This document shows, in pieces, positions 12,600-25,460 of a stretch of 64,000 bases of DNA (positions within the stretch are counted from its first letter, which is position 1; every line of letters begins with the position of its first letter). The notes beneath the pieces are model-generated. The model saw only the letters and a program-made list of their open reading frames with translations, was not told where the DNA came from and ran no database searches. The stretch is from Lama glama. Taxonomy: Eukaryota. The translations under genes and the position numbers were made by a program. The stretch is taken from contig CM052817.1 of the NCBI GenBank assembly GCA_028534125.1, positions 26,042,001 through 26,106,000 on the forward strand, read 5' to 3'.

Positions 12600-13830
12600 C
12601 GCAATCTGCTCCTTCTCACCCTTCATTTCCCTTCCCATAAACCTTTTCCGTCTTAATTTGTATCATCAATCACCCAGTTGCTCAGGCCCCCATACTAGAT
12701 GCCGTTCTTGTTTTCTCTTCCCTCCCATTCATTGCCAGGCCATCATTGTGACCTATTGGCTCTACCTCCAAAATGTATCTCAAATCTGAGCTCTTACAAC
12801 TTGGACTGACACCACCTTACTCAAAGCCCCTAGCATCTTTTATCTGGACTCCAGTGGCTTCCTGCCTCCCTTCTTTTTTTTTTTTTTTTNNNNNNNNNNN
12901 NNNNNNNNNNNNNNNNNNNNNNNNNNNNNNNNNNNNNNNNNNNNNNNNNNNNNNNNNNNNNNNNNNNNNNNNNNNNNNNNNNNNNNNNNNNNNNNNNNNN
13001 NNNNNNNNNNNNNNNNNNNNNNNNNNNNNNNNNNNNNNNNNNNNNNNNNNNNNNNNNNNNNNNNNNNNNNNNNNNNNNNNNNNNNNNNNNNNNNNNNNNN
13101 NNNNNNNNNNNNNNNNNNNNNNNNNNNNNNNNNNNNNNNNNNNNNNNNNNNNNNNNNNNNNNNNNNNNNNNNNNNNNNNNNNNNNNNNNNNNNNNNNNNN
13201 NNNNNNNNNNNNNNNNNNNNNNNNNNNNNNNNNNNNNNNNNNNNNNNNNNNNNNNNNNNNNNNNNNNNNNNNNNNNNNNNNNNNNNNNNNNNNNNNNNNN
13301 NNNNNNNNNNNNNNNNNNNNNNNNNNNNNNNNNNNNNNNNNNNNNNNNNNNNNNNNNNNNNNNNNNNNNNNNNNNNNNNNNNNNNNNNNTCTTGATGCAC
13401 ACAGTTCATCTTCAACACAGCAGCCAGAGTGAGATTATAAATCATAAATCAGGTCACACATTCCCCACCCCCTGCCCCAGTGGCTTTTGTACTCATAATA
13501 AAATCTAAAGTCCTTGTTTTGGATTCCAAGATCCTACAAGATGTGGATCTTACTTCTGATCTCATATTCTACCAGTCATTTGGCCTTATTCTGGTCCCTT
13601 GAAAATGTCATGTCTGTTTCAATCTCAGGGCCTTTGCACTTGTTTTTTTCTTTTGGTAAATTGCCCAGATTTTTGCGTAATTGCCTCATTCAGATATCAT
13701 CTCTTCAGAAAGCTCTTTCACCATGATTGTATTTAACTTCTCTTTAGCAATTAATAGTTGCTGGGATAATCTTATTCGTTAGCTTTTGTATTTGCCTACT
13801 GTAAATAAAATACAAACTTCTTGAGGACAA
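12600..13830 (+). mobile_element. L2 relic spanning assembly gap 1
   Basis: Pyrimidine-rich L2 body (cacccagttgctcaggcc, ctctacctccaaaatgtatc, cacagcagccagagtg, ctcagggcctttgcac) is collinear on both sides of the gap. Confidence 0.7.
12890..13389. other. Assembly gap 1 (500 N)
   Basis: Run of N preceded by poly(T), suggesting an unassembled minus-strand retroelement. Confidence 0.99.
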
Positions 13831-14655
13831 GGACTAAAAACAAATGACCTTCACACTACGAGAATTCATTTTAATAATTTGACCTTTATTCCTTGTTATT
13901 ATAGTGGTGTTTTTGTTTATTTGGCCTGTTTTCTTTTTTTAACACAGAACTTTCACATTTACTGAACAGGCTTCTGTTAGGGTCATCCATGAAGAAGGAT
14001 GACATCCTGCCTACCTCATTCCCACAAAAAATTTTTTTTGACAAAAAAGCATTATTTTTAGGCATCAGGAATAACTATTAAAAACAATTCTATTGCACTA
14101 GAATTCAAGGTTTCAGTGAATTCCCTGCCCATTCATAGAAATCAGTTAGTATGAAGGAAATGATTAATTTTACTTTTGTTTCTGTTTTCTTTTTCATCTC
14201 CAGAACTAAATACAGTATTTAACATTTTTTTATAGCTCATGGTTCTCACCCCTAGCTGCCACTGGAATCACTTGTAGATGCTTAGGCCAAAACTCATACC
14301 AATTAACCCCATTCTAGAATCTCTGAGTGTGGCCACACGGCATCAGTGGTTTTTAACACTCTTTAGATGAGTGCAGTGTGCAGTCTGCTCTAATAGTTTG
14401 CTCTTTAGCTTTTCTTGCAATGGATTTGTTCAATAGTCAAAATTTACTTGCTTTCCATTTTACCTTCCAAGGATTTAAAACTATTGATTGGAAATTGTGT
14501 TATTCTATTTAATATTTTGATACTTAATGTTTTTCACATGCCAGGCACTGACCTAAAGGTGTGATTGTTCATTGCTAGTAGGGTGACTTCCTTCCAATGG
14601 GAATTCAGTGGAAGTGTCTGAAATTCACGGTTTCCATACAGAGGTTTTAGAAAGG

Positions 14656-14658
<3 letters not shown>

Positions 14659-14689
<31 letters not shown>
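14659..14689. repeat. (TG)15 microsatellite
   Basis: Perfect TG run. Confidence 0.95.
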
Positions 14690-14690
<1 letters not shown>

Positions 14691-14934
14691 GGGATGGTGA
14701 AGGCCCTTATATAACAATGTTTAATGCTTTACAAAGCAGTTTTACACACATTTCATTTCTCACTTTAGTTTGGTGGAAAGTAGTATTATACTTGATAAAT
14801 AAACAAGGAAAGCAATGTTCCAAATAAAGCAGACTGCTGAAGGGCCACATAGCTTTGTGTTCCTTAGTCAAGGCACAGGCTGGTTAAAATGCCATTAGTC
14901 TTTTAGTTACTGAAAACTAACATGTTTCGTAAGA

Positions 14935-15248
14935 AGGGAACTTATTGTAACAGACTGAATGTGGAAGTAGAAATGATGACCTAGCTTGCTTCTATTAAGC
15001 CAGCTATTAAAGAGATTTGCAAAAATGCAGACCAATGCCACTCTTTTCACTAAATTTTCATTTTGGAAAATGGTTATTTTCATCAAAAATATTTTCACAT
15101 GTATTGGGTGTATTATTGTTTTAAAATACTTAATACCTATAAATGGTCTCAGTTTTAATCTTGGACATAGTATGTATATTGATAGATATAACCCATGTAA
15201 ACAAAATCTCTTTGGGGTCCCCAAACTGGAAAGTTTGAGGATCTCTGT
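14935..15248 (+). mobile_element. hAT-Charlie1-type DNA transposon relic
   Basis: cttctattaagccag...aaagagatttgcaaaaatg...tctttggggtcc...aagtttgaggatctctg. Confidence 0.75.
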
Positions 15249-15574
15249 AAGTTATTACTGTATGCTTTGGCCTCTGGCCTATTTTTTTCCGCTGTGTCAA
15301 AAACTAAAAATCTGAATAAACTGTTTACCTTAACATTATGTATGGCTTACGCAAAGCTAGCTCATTTAGCACTTTTTCCCCAAGGCTACACATTATTACA
15401 ATACTAAATACGAGAAGATTGGTACAATGAAAGTAGAAGTCTGAGAGCTGGATGAAAATTATAGAATACATGATAAAGAAGATCAATGTCAGCTATCTCT
15501 TCAATAGAAACACTCTGAATATCTTTGATGCTCTCAGAGATTAGCATCAGAAATTAATACAAGAGGACACAGAA

Positions 15575-15721
15575 CTATATTCAGTATCTTATGGTAACCT
15601 ATGGTGAAAGAATATGAAAATGAATATATGTATGTTCCTATATGACTTAAGTATTGTGCTGTGCACCAGAAACTGACACATTGTAAACTGACTATACTTC
15701 AATAAAAATGTATATTAAAAA
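15575..15721 (+). mobile_element. Short L1 3' end
   Basis: L1 tail with AATAAA and poly(A). Flanking near-duplicate aatacaagaggacacagaa / aatacaagcagacacagaa. Confidence 0.8.
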
Positions 15722-17759
15722 AATACAAGCAGACACAGAATTCAACCTTAACTGTTGCCAGTTTACACATATGTGGCTGAGTTCTCAAAATATTGTGACG
15801 TAATGAAAAAATTCCTTAGATGTTGTGGAGGGGGAAAACTGTAAGCCCTACTCATTCTGTAATGAAGAAACTATAATTTTTAATATTACTTTATTAGCCC
15901 AAGATTTCCTTAAGCCATCTATTTTCTGATTTAGCTCTGGTTAACAGAACCATGCTGGAAGCTTGACATTGCCAGCTTTCAACAGGCAATTGTTAGTGAA
16001 ATTCCAGGAAGATGAGGGAGTGTGACAAAACTGCAATGTGACACAAAACAGAGTAAAAAGTAGTCTTTAAGACTGTTAGATAAAAATGAAGGCTAAGAAC
16101 ATCTGCAAGGATGTAAATCTTAATCCATCTGTTGGGCTGGTTCTGGTGTCAGATTTACATTTTGTATGTTGCCACCACAAAGCTGTACTTGCTAGATTAA
16201 TTGTAAGGAATCCCTTTTAAGATACCCGGACTTCTAAAGTTTAATGTGTACATACTAATTAGTTATCAGGGAAAGCTGCATTCAGTCTAGGATCTGTAAT
16301 TCCTTTTGTACATAAAGTGCCTCCCCTTTAGGCACAGAATTAATGAGTGACTATGTAACAGATACATTTCTTTAAAAACAAAATACGAGATTCTTCCATC
16401 ATGCTGAGTCTGCTATGTAGTATTTGTGTTCTTTAATTCTGCTCAGTTTTTCAAAATGAATAGAAACAATGCAATTCAAATCCTTTATCAAGACATAGCC
16501 TGAGTATATGAGCTTATGAGTAGTGTAGAACCATATATTTAAGAGGCAAAGCCTCAGACATTGCAAGGATTGTAAATAATTTTTTTCTCATTCCTAAATT
16601 TCCTATAAAAAAGCAGAGTTTTGTATAAGGGAATAAAAGTCTTATTTGATATGAAGGTTGCTTTATTCTTAAAACTACGTGTATTTTTCCTTGCTCCTCT
16701 GTATTTCCTACCTCCAGACATCTCGCTCCTCCCTTTCAACAGACATCTTCATTTGGTGTTGGATGGTTTAAAATGGTTTCTATAATCTAGTCCTGAATAA
16801 TACCCACTTTAAAGCATAAACAGTTAAGCCATAAATGTAAACGCTGATTGAAATGTTTTTTGAACAAGCATAATCAATTTGAGAAAAGATGGGCAGGGTT
16901 AAGTTCCCTGTGAGGAAAGATCACACTGATAACCCCAGTTTTTAAAAGTCAGAGCATGAGAGATAATTGTGACTGGTGTTTGTGGAACATTTGGGGGTGG
17001 GCGGTGGAAGGAAATCAATCCTATAAACAGATTCTAAGTTGAGAAAACTATCAGATGAAATGTCAGGGGAAAAAAAACTTCTTAGAATTCCACTTTCTGA
17101 AACTATTTAATGAAAACTTAACCGTTTTATTGGGGATTCAAATATTCACTGACATATACCTGACAAACTTTAGACTGAAATCATTATCTCCAGGAAGTTA
17201 TAATTTCACACATTTTGCTATTATAAATAACACTTAAGCATCACACAGACACTGACATCATAATCATGTCAGAACAACTGTATCATTTTTTAATAGATGA
17301 ATATTAATGATCTTTAGTATTTGGATGCATTCCAGGTCACAGAGCAAAAGCAAACTTTCACCTTTGTGTGATTTTGTGTTTTCAGTACCATTACATGTCT
17401 AGCTCCTCTGGGGTAACATATGTCTTCTCAAATAATGAACACTACTGGATATTATACTCTCAAAGAAAATGTCTATTGACCCTGTATTCTAGGAAGAAAT
17501 TAAAAAAAAAAACAAAAGAAATGTAATTGCAATCTTATTTCTTAGAGATTCTTAGAATCTTTACTACTGAACACTGGCCCCACACTGCTATTACATAAAT
17601 ATTCTTCCTGTAACTGAAAGTTTGCTAGTAGGAATGTCTTAGGGTAGGTAAGTTAGGGGTAGGTAAAAAGCCTTACAAAGAAACTTTAATAAAGGACATT
17701 AACATTTTACAAGAAAAGATACTCACTTCTCTTCCCACAAAAGCCAAACAGAAAACAGT

Positions 17760-20700
17760 GAGTGTTAACTAACATTTTCTATTTATTCATTAATAAAAAG
17801 TGCATAGTACAAGCCCTTTATCCCAATCCAAGTACTCAGTAAAAGATTACAATAAACCCTGGATGGCACAGACATGATTTGTTTGGCATGATTTAAACAT
17901 TTAAAAACAATTCCCATTTAGTATATCACATGACCACTTTTGCTTTTAACAAAGTAATCATCAGACATGGTAACAAATACATATGACGTTTCATTCAGAA
18001 TATTATAATGTTAAGACTAAACCTACTATTGCAACAACAAAAATTTAACCCGTTAAACTCACTCCATTTCTCCTTCAAGTTGCTGTTTTGTGTCTTAAAC
18101 TGAGCTGGTCAAATTTTAGCACATATTCATTTAGAGTGACAGACTGATTCAGGGTAAGAGGCTTCTAAGGTTCCTTTGAAAATGTAAGATGTAGGTAACT
18201 CCATAAACACTATCACATCGCATACCACAAAGACACTGAAAGTAACCATGAAATAGCTGTACTTAATAGTTACTTCTGAAAATCTTTCCAAGTAGTTTAA
18301 AATATGACTTGCTGACCATGGGATAGTGCTTGGATACATGATAAAATCTTTTACTATACACAGTTCCAATGTTAATTTTTTCCACGTGGAAAGCAGAAAA
18401 ACATTTTGCATATAAGAACATTAAATAATTCTAAAACAAAATCAACTCTTAATGGCATTTGTGGAATGTTTAAGAGCCAAAAGTGATTAAAATGTGAAGC
18501 ATTATCTTTCTTTTTTCCCCGATTACTTAAAAATGATTGTAGCCACAGTTCAGGCGAATGTTTATAAGCCAAGTAATGAGTAAGAGTGTGCTCAGTAAAA
18601 AGGCCACATGTAGAAGCTTTAAGAATTAATTAGAATAATATAAATTACTAGTTAGGTTAATAGGAATACTTTATGTGCTACTGCATATTGTCTTTGTCAG
18701 GAGTGCAGAGAAATTTTACAAGCAAAAAAAAAAAACGAAGACTAAATACTTCACTAAGAACTTTAGTTACTAATTAAACAGATGGTCCATATAGGATATT
18801 CTAGATATAATGTCAATTAAGTATATGTGACAGAAATGAAGAGCTAAGAATAAGAACCCACATTTCCAGGTTTCTAGTTAACACTAGACATTCTGTTTCC
18901 ATGTCACAGCCACTTATTCAACCAAAGTCAATTCTCAATTATTTGTGAGCCACAGATTCAGTGAACACATCAGTATCTCTGCCAGAGACTGGCTTTCGAG
19001 CAGCTTAGATAAGAGCAGACTGTTGGGACTTATGTGCAAGCCTTTGTTCAAGGTTCAGGGGCAAGGGTAGAGAAATGAATGCCTACAGGGACTTGGCTCC
19101 ATCTTCTGCCACTCCTGCCCTTTCTGCTGTAAATGCTTTAAGAGCTATAGAGCTGGCAAGGCTTCCAGTAGGCCACATTAGGAGGGAAAAACCTTAAATC
19201 TGCGGTGCTCATTTATCCCGGATCTGACTTACCTGTGTTATGATACCTCTTGATTAACACAAGTAATTAAGAGTAAGTTGTATTATTTCAAGGAGTTGAG
19301 CACAAAGCCAAAATGTACAGTTGAGGAACACAAGCAGTGTATTAGAAAATGAAATGAAGCCCTTAGAGTGTTTACAGCCTAGAATATAATCATAATAAAG
19401 GAAAACAAATACCCTATGAGCATCACATAATTGTATCAGAGACTCTATTAAACAGTACAATGATACAGAGAAGTTTATTAATTCATACAAGTAATTTCTC
19501 AGATCTATACAGTAAAAAGCTAGACTGATCTGGGAAGGGAGGAAATCCTTACACTGATAGCTAAGTATCTTCTAGCCCCCACAAATCATTTGCAATCACT
19601 TTCTAGGGGAATAAATCCATAAACACACAAGTCATGCGGACTTTTTCTTAATGCCATTTGTCTTCATTTTCTTTCAAACTGAACGAAAACCAATGCAACC
19701 TTTTACTTTTCTATACATTTCAAACTTTTACTTATATTAATGCTCCTCCCTACTCCAGTCCATCCTATTACCAAACAAGAATGAGATGGGGTTGAGAAAA
19801 AGATCCTTGATTGTTTCTCATTTTCCTTGGAGTGAACCAAGAATTCATTAAATACTTTTTAAAGTCAGATAACAAGACTCAAAATTTTTTCTTTGAAAAA
19901 AATAAAGTAAGTAAATAGCATTCAAATGTCAGTAACCAAACAGGCCCCTAATACAGCTTTAAGATAGTTTCATTTAACAGGGAAGTGTTACAAAAGAAAA
20001 GCAGCTTCCTGAGAGGCATCCATTTAAAAAATAAATTACAGCTTAAATTATTACTGTATAGATTATACCTGGCAAAGGCAGAAAGAATTAACTTTTCCCC
20101 TCCTTTCATGAACCATGTAAGGCTAGTGTACAGTGGCTTACAAATGTCATATAATGGACTATAAGTCATCTACCATATTTAATTCATGTTTATTTGAAGT
20201 TTTCTTAATATCAGACATTTTTATGGGAATAAAAAACTGAGTAAACAATTGTTTCATTTTTTTCTTTCCTCCATTTCTAGCCACATAAGCCAGTTTTAGT
20301 GGATAATACAGAGTTCAGCTGTAACTTGTACAATTCCAAAGGCTGTCACAGTCCCAAGAACTAGAGAAAACTGCCACCCACAAATAAACTACCAAGGTAA
20401 GTGTAAATACAGTGTGGTTCTAATCTTCTTTCATACAATCTCAGATAACCCCAAGTAACTTTATAAATACCTTATGAAAAAAATTTAAACCTATAAAACT
20501 ATTTAAAATATTTAAACGCAGGGATCTCAAATTTCCTTCAATCAGGCCAGAAACTATCAAAAAAATTATAATCACAGTTACAAATAGAATGAATGGAATG
20601 TTTAAGTTTAGGATAACCAAAAAAGCCACATGTAGCTTTTTAATGCAATCATTTACTCAAATATACTGTAAATAGGAAAGGTGATAACACAGGAAGCAAA

Positions 20701-20864
20701 AATAAGCTTGCAAGTGAAATTTCCAGAAGCTCATGAAAACAATACCATCCCATACAGCAAATGCGAAAGGAAAAACAGTTCTAATGGGGTTAAGAGTACT
20801 CTGGTCATCTTCGTTCATTTGGTCGTGCAAGATGTTAACTATTTTCACTTCCCATATCACAAAG
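17760..20864 (-). other. SMIM14: SMIM14 long 3'UTR (distal end uncertain; may extend further toward ~15.8 kb)
   Basis: Repeat-poor AT-rich tract after the stop codon. Minus-strand AATAAA at 20189-20194 and at 17782-17787, the latter followed by a GU-rich downstream stretch (ctgttttctgtttggcttttgtggg). Confidence 0.55.
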
Positions 20865-20897
20865 TTAGTCCACAGGAGGGGCTGGTGGATCTTGTCC
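20865..20897 (-). CDS. SMIM14: SMIM14 last coding exon (33 nt including TAA)
   Basis: Acceptor ttttaaatgccag|GGA, translating GQDPPAPPVD-stop. The four exons sum to 75+49+143+33 = 300 nt, i.e. 99 aa plus stop. Confidence 0.95.
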   Translation of the reverse strand, partial: GQDPPAPPVD

Positions 20898-21224
20898 CTG
20901 GCATTTAAAAGAGAGAAATTATGGGACAGACTCTTAAATCCCAGGGCCACCAATCTAACACATAAGTAAGAACTGAGCAGTAATGCCCTTCACCCTCCCA
21001 TCTCAATCACACACTTATTTGGACTTCTCATATGTTTTTGCACAGGGAGCACTAGATTAATACTGTGATTCAGTGTTTGTCTCTTTCTTCCCTACAGTAC
21101 GGAAGAAAGGAAAACTGTGTAACAGTGACGTGATTTGGGTGAAAGTGCTCTCCCTGACAGCTCCAGGGGTGATATTTAAACCAATCGAGACAGTCTCCTC
21201 CCTCTTGCTAAGGTGACCGAGTAC

Positions 21225-21515
21225 AGTACAATCAAAGTGAAGCTGGAGACTCCTGTTTCTCACAACAGAAAGTCAATCAGTGAGGAAGCATGTGGCTCCA
21301 GTTGCTACTGGCAGCCATCTTATGGCCACAAAGGGAGCCCACCTTGGAATGAAGCTGATGGTTGGAAGAAAGAAACTGGGTCTCTGACAACACTGTTAAA
21401 CTTTCTAACAATGACCCTACCTCTGGATTTTTCTGATGTAGAAACCAATAAAGCCAATTATTTAAACCAGGCTGAACTGATTTTTGTTACTTGTAATAGA
21501 AAGCATCTGAACTGC
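21225..21515 (+). mobile_element. Old MLT1-type LTR fragment in the last SMIM14 intron
   Basis: ggcagccatctt...ggaatgaagctga...ccctacctctggattttt...ttttgttacttgtaa. Confidence 0.6.
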
Positions 21516-22967
21516 AAAGGAAAGATCAGAGATTTTAGGAATCTTCAGGAAGATTCCATTTATTTACTCTGACATGCTGTATAATGGCCTAGTTAAGGGA
21601 GATCAATTCTTCTACTTGGAATTAGTCAATATGTTTTCGTGCTTACTCCTAGAGCAGGGGGACTGCTATTCCTAGGACTGATGGTCTACTATGAATTAAG
21701 GTTCAGGGGACTGTAATCTTGCATTTCTGTCACTTCTAATGGCTTCAAAGTCAGCTTATTAAGCTGGATTTCTTTGGGTCCAAACATTGAGGATGTTGCT
21801 CTTTGATATGAAAGTAAGAAGGAAGGAGGAGAAAGCACTTTATCAAGACAACGTGCAAGCTGTTTTATAGATACCTTCCTCTCCAAGAAAAACCAAAAAT
21901 AAATTTAAGGCATTTTATATAGTGCTAATGAGGCCTTCTTTCTAAACTAAAGTCAGCATGCTACATATTTAAATATTCTAAATCTTAAAAAAAAAAACCC
22001 CAAAGCACTGACTAATTAACATGACACATTTGCTTTCTCCTATATAAGCAATTAGTCTAGCCGAACTTCTTTCTAATATTAACAACACAGGGTTGGGGAA
22101 AAGAAGCCATCATTTTAGGAATTCCACATGCTGAAGGTTGAAGAAGGGAATTAGTGGGATAATTTGGTGTTCAAGAAGTAAATCCATTATGGAAATATTT
22201 TTAATAATATCCAAATCAAATGAGAAAGAAAAAATATAAATACTGGTTCTAAAACAATTAAAAGGAATCCTTTAATGGAGCTCTATTAAAGACAGTATCA
22301 AAAACTCCCTATTGGGTCACTTTATCATATTTTTCATTTAGAAGGTTCTGAAAATGGTTGTAATCCTAACTATCAAGATTTATCACCATGAATGATTCCT
22401 AGCTCTGCTTTAGCCAGCTCAGTTGACCTGTTGTAATGCAGAACTGGAAGAATGAATTTGAGATAAATAGGATGGGACAACGGGAAACCAGGTTTAGCCA
22501 GACAGGCTCAGTGTCTGTTGCAGCAGACAGCTAGGACAGAAGGGGAGAAAAAGAAGTGTTGTTGGGGGGACACTTGAACACTAGCTAGTAAGAGAATTTA
22601 GGGAGCTGGAAGCATGAGAGACAAGGATCAACGGTGAGGTGGACAGAACCGGGTAGTGGAGGATTGAGATTTGAGAAAAATTGCTGTGGATTATTATTAT
22701 GCACTGGATCATTTTTTTATATTTCTCATGTGAATAAAGATTGGAATTCACCTTAAGATGATTTTTGGGCTACTGGTTTATACTTTTCTCTATATGTAAC
22801 TCCATGAACACTAAGCCAGTAGTGGCTGCAAGATTTTCGAGGACTACACAGGAAGAACTTAGTCCATGAGTTAAATCTTCCTTTTGCTAAATCATATATT
22901 TCAATCAAAACAAAAACTCCTCCCCCTTCCCAGGCCACACCCATTCCCCCACCCAAGTGGATTTCTA

Positions 22968-23183
<216 letters not shown>

Positions 23184-24279
23184 TTAGATAAATGTAAAAA
23201 ATGCAAATGTTTAAATGTCAGCTCCAAAAATTCAAAAGCTGTATTAATTTTAAAAGTTGTATTAATAATTTTAAGAATTATGAAGTATTACAGCTTCAAT
23301 TTCCCTTCCCTCCTGGGAGAAAATCTAAATGGTAAATGGTGTAAAACAGTCACAAGTCAAAGCCTATTAAAATGAAGATTTTTAATAGTATAGTCATTCT
23401 TCATATTTTGGGGTAATAGAATCCTTTGAGATTTTGATATAAAGGACTCTTTCCAATATAAGAATCCATGTATACACATTCAACAATTTTGCATATAATT
23501 GCAAAAGATTCATGGACCTACAAAACCACCAATTCATAGACTGAGATCTGCAGAACCAGGTTAAAGACCACCTGAGGCGCAGTAAACACACTTTACTCTA
23601 GCAGAGGAGGGGATTATGTGTTTTAACTACAGAAGTAGTATGAAAAAATAACAGAGCTTAAGGAAGAGGGAATAATCAGGTTGTATAACATATAAATTAA
23701 AGACCCCTTTAATGACATTCTCAAAGATACTAATTTGGCTTTCTTTCTTGAAAAAAGAATTTGGATTCAGATCTAGATATTTTAAAGTCTATGCATTTAT
23801 CAAGAGAAAAAAGTCAAGTGTCTGTGTAGGTATAGTCTTTCTAGCTCCTCAAGACAGCCATATCTCATTTAATTCAGAATAACAAGTACCTAGCACAGTG
23901 CCTGGCTCGTGCTATGCCCTTAACAAATTTCTAATAAACGAAACAGGTGTCAGAAATGAAAATTTGTAAAAGATTAGATTTCTAAAGAAAATAGTACCTC
24001 TAGGTAGTTACGAAAACAGCAAGACTATGTATAAATGTTTGGTTTTGGTCTCCTTAACTCAGGAAAAAGTAAAAGAAATCTAGACAAGATTCTGAAACTA
24101 AATGAATGCATCACATTGAGATCCATGTGCCCAGGGCCCAGATGGTACACTGCTAAGAACAAAGGGTTAGTGACCAAAGGGGACAAAGTCAAGCAAAGAG
24201 CTGAGCTGTCCCAAGAGCAGACTGGTTAGGAACCTAGCCCCTGTTCCAACCCAATCACTTCCCCAGAAACAGTTAACAC

Positions 24280-25460
24280 AGTACTTGGGATCACCAAATT
24301 TTCATTGCTTATCACACAATAAATCAGCATTTCCCCCTTCTATAGCCATATCTATTCCTTTCCTTGTTCCCTCCTACTGTACTAAATGTGCCTCCATAAC
24401 TAAAGACCAATTTCTCAACTTGAGCTTTGGATCCCAGCACTTGTGCAAGAATCTATCCATTATCCTCTCTTGTGTATTCAACAACCCCTTCTCCACTGCA
24501 GCCATCCTATAATCACTTAAACATGATAAAGTTTCTCTCATCTTTGGAAAACAAAAACCCATCCCTCAGTCTCTTTCCCTGTCCAGCTATCAAGGCTAAG
24601 AGTGGTCTTGAGAGTTGGTCTACATTTACATGTACATGTCACTCCCTCCCATTCACTCCTTAGGTTGGTATCCACCTCCATTAACAGTCAAATAGCTCTT
24701 TAAAAGGTCACCAATGATACTTCTATGCTGCTATGCCTAATGGGTAATTTTAGCCCTCATTTTCCAAGACAATGCTCTCCTTTTTAAAACATTTTCTTCC
24801 TTTGTCTTTTGTGCCATTACCACTACCATTTTCCTTTTGCAATTCTGAATTCCTCATGGTCAGTTTTAGGTTCTTTTCTGTTCTTTCTCTACACACTATC
24901 ATCCTCACCTGTGGCTTAAATTACCTTCCATATGTAGACCACACATAAAGTTTTACCCAGTCTCCAATCCCCTGAACTTTAGACCCAATATCCAACTATC
25001 TATCTATATCAATAGTTCTCTATTTTTTTTAATCTTCATTTCAACAGTTCTTAAACTGTGATGTACAACAGTACCATTGGCAGCTTCTTAAAAATGCACC
25101 TGAATCCCTTATCACACTAAACATACTCAATATTGCAAACCAAAATCATCAGTATCACCCCTGCCCCATCCTCAATGCTCTATCAAATTGGGTTTCCATC
25201 CATGCAGCTGCCTAGGCCAAAAACCTACAAAAACATCTTTTGTTCTCTCAATGACCCTCTTTTTAGTCCATCATGAAGTTTCTGTCAACTTTACTTCCTA
25301 AATATCAAAATGTCCATTTCCAGCTCCATGCCCAAGCTTGCTCAAGCTACCATCACTTCTTGTCTGGTCTACTGCAATGGTCTCTTAACTGATCTCCCCA
25401 TGCCTATTCTTGCCTCCTCTAATTCTGTCCTCTAAGCTGCTCCAAGAGTGACGTTTTTTA
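24280..25460 (+). mobile_element. L2 relic
   Basis: Pyrimidine-rich L2-like body (aaggtcaccaatga, catccatgcagctgcctaggccaaaaaccta, tctggtctactgcaatggtctcttaactgatctccc). Confidence 0.65.

Noticed and set aside
12773..13445. Long ORFs spanning N runs (also 39686-40408 and 58649-59393)
   Set aside because: Artefacts of translating assembly gaps.
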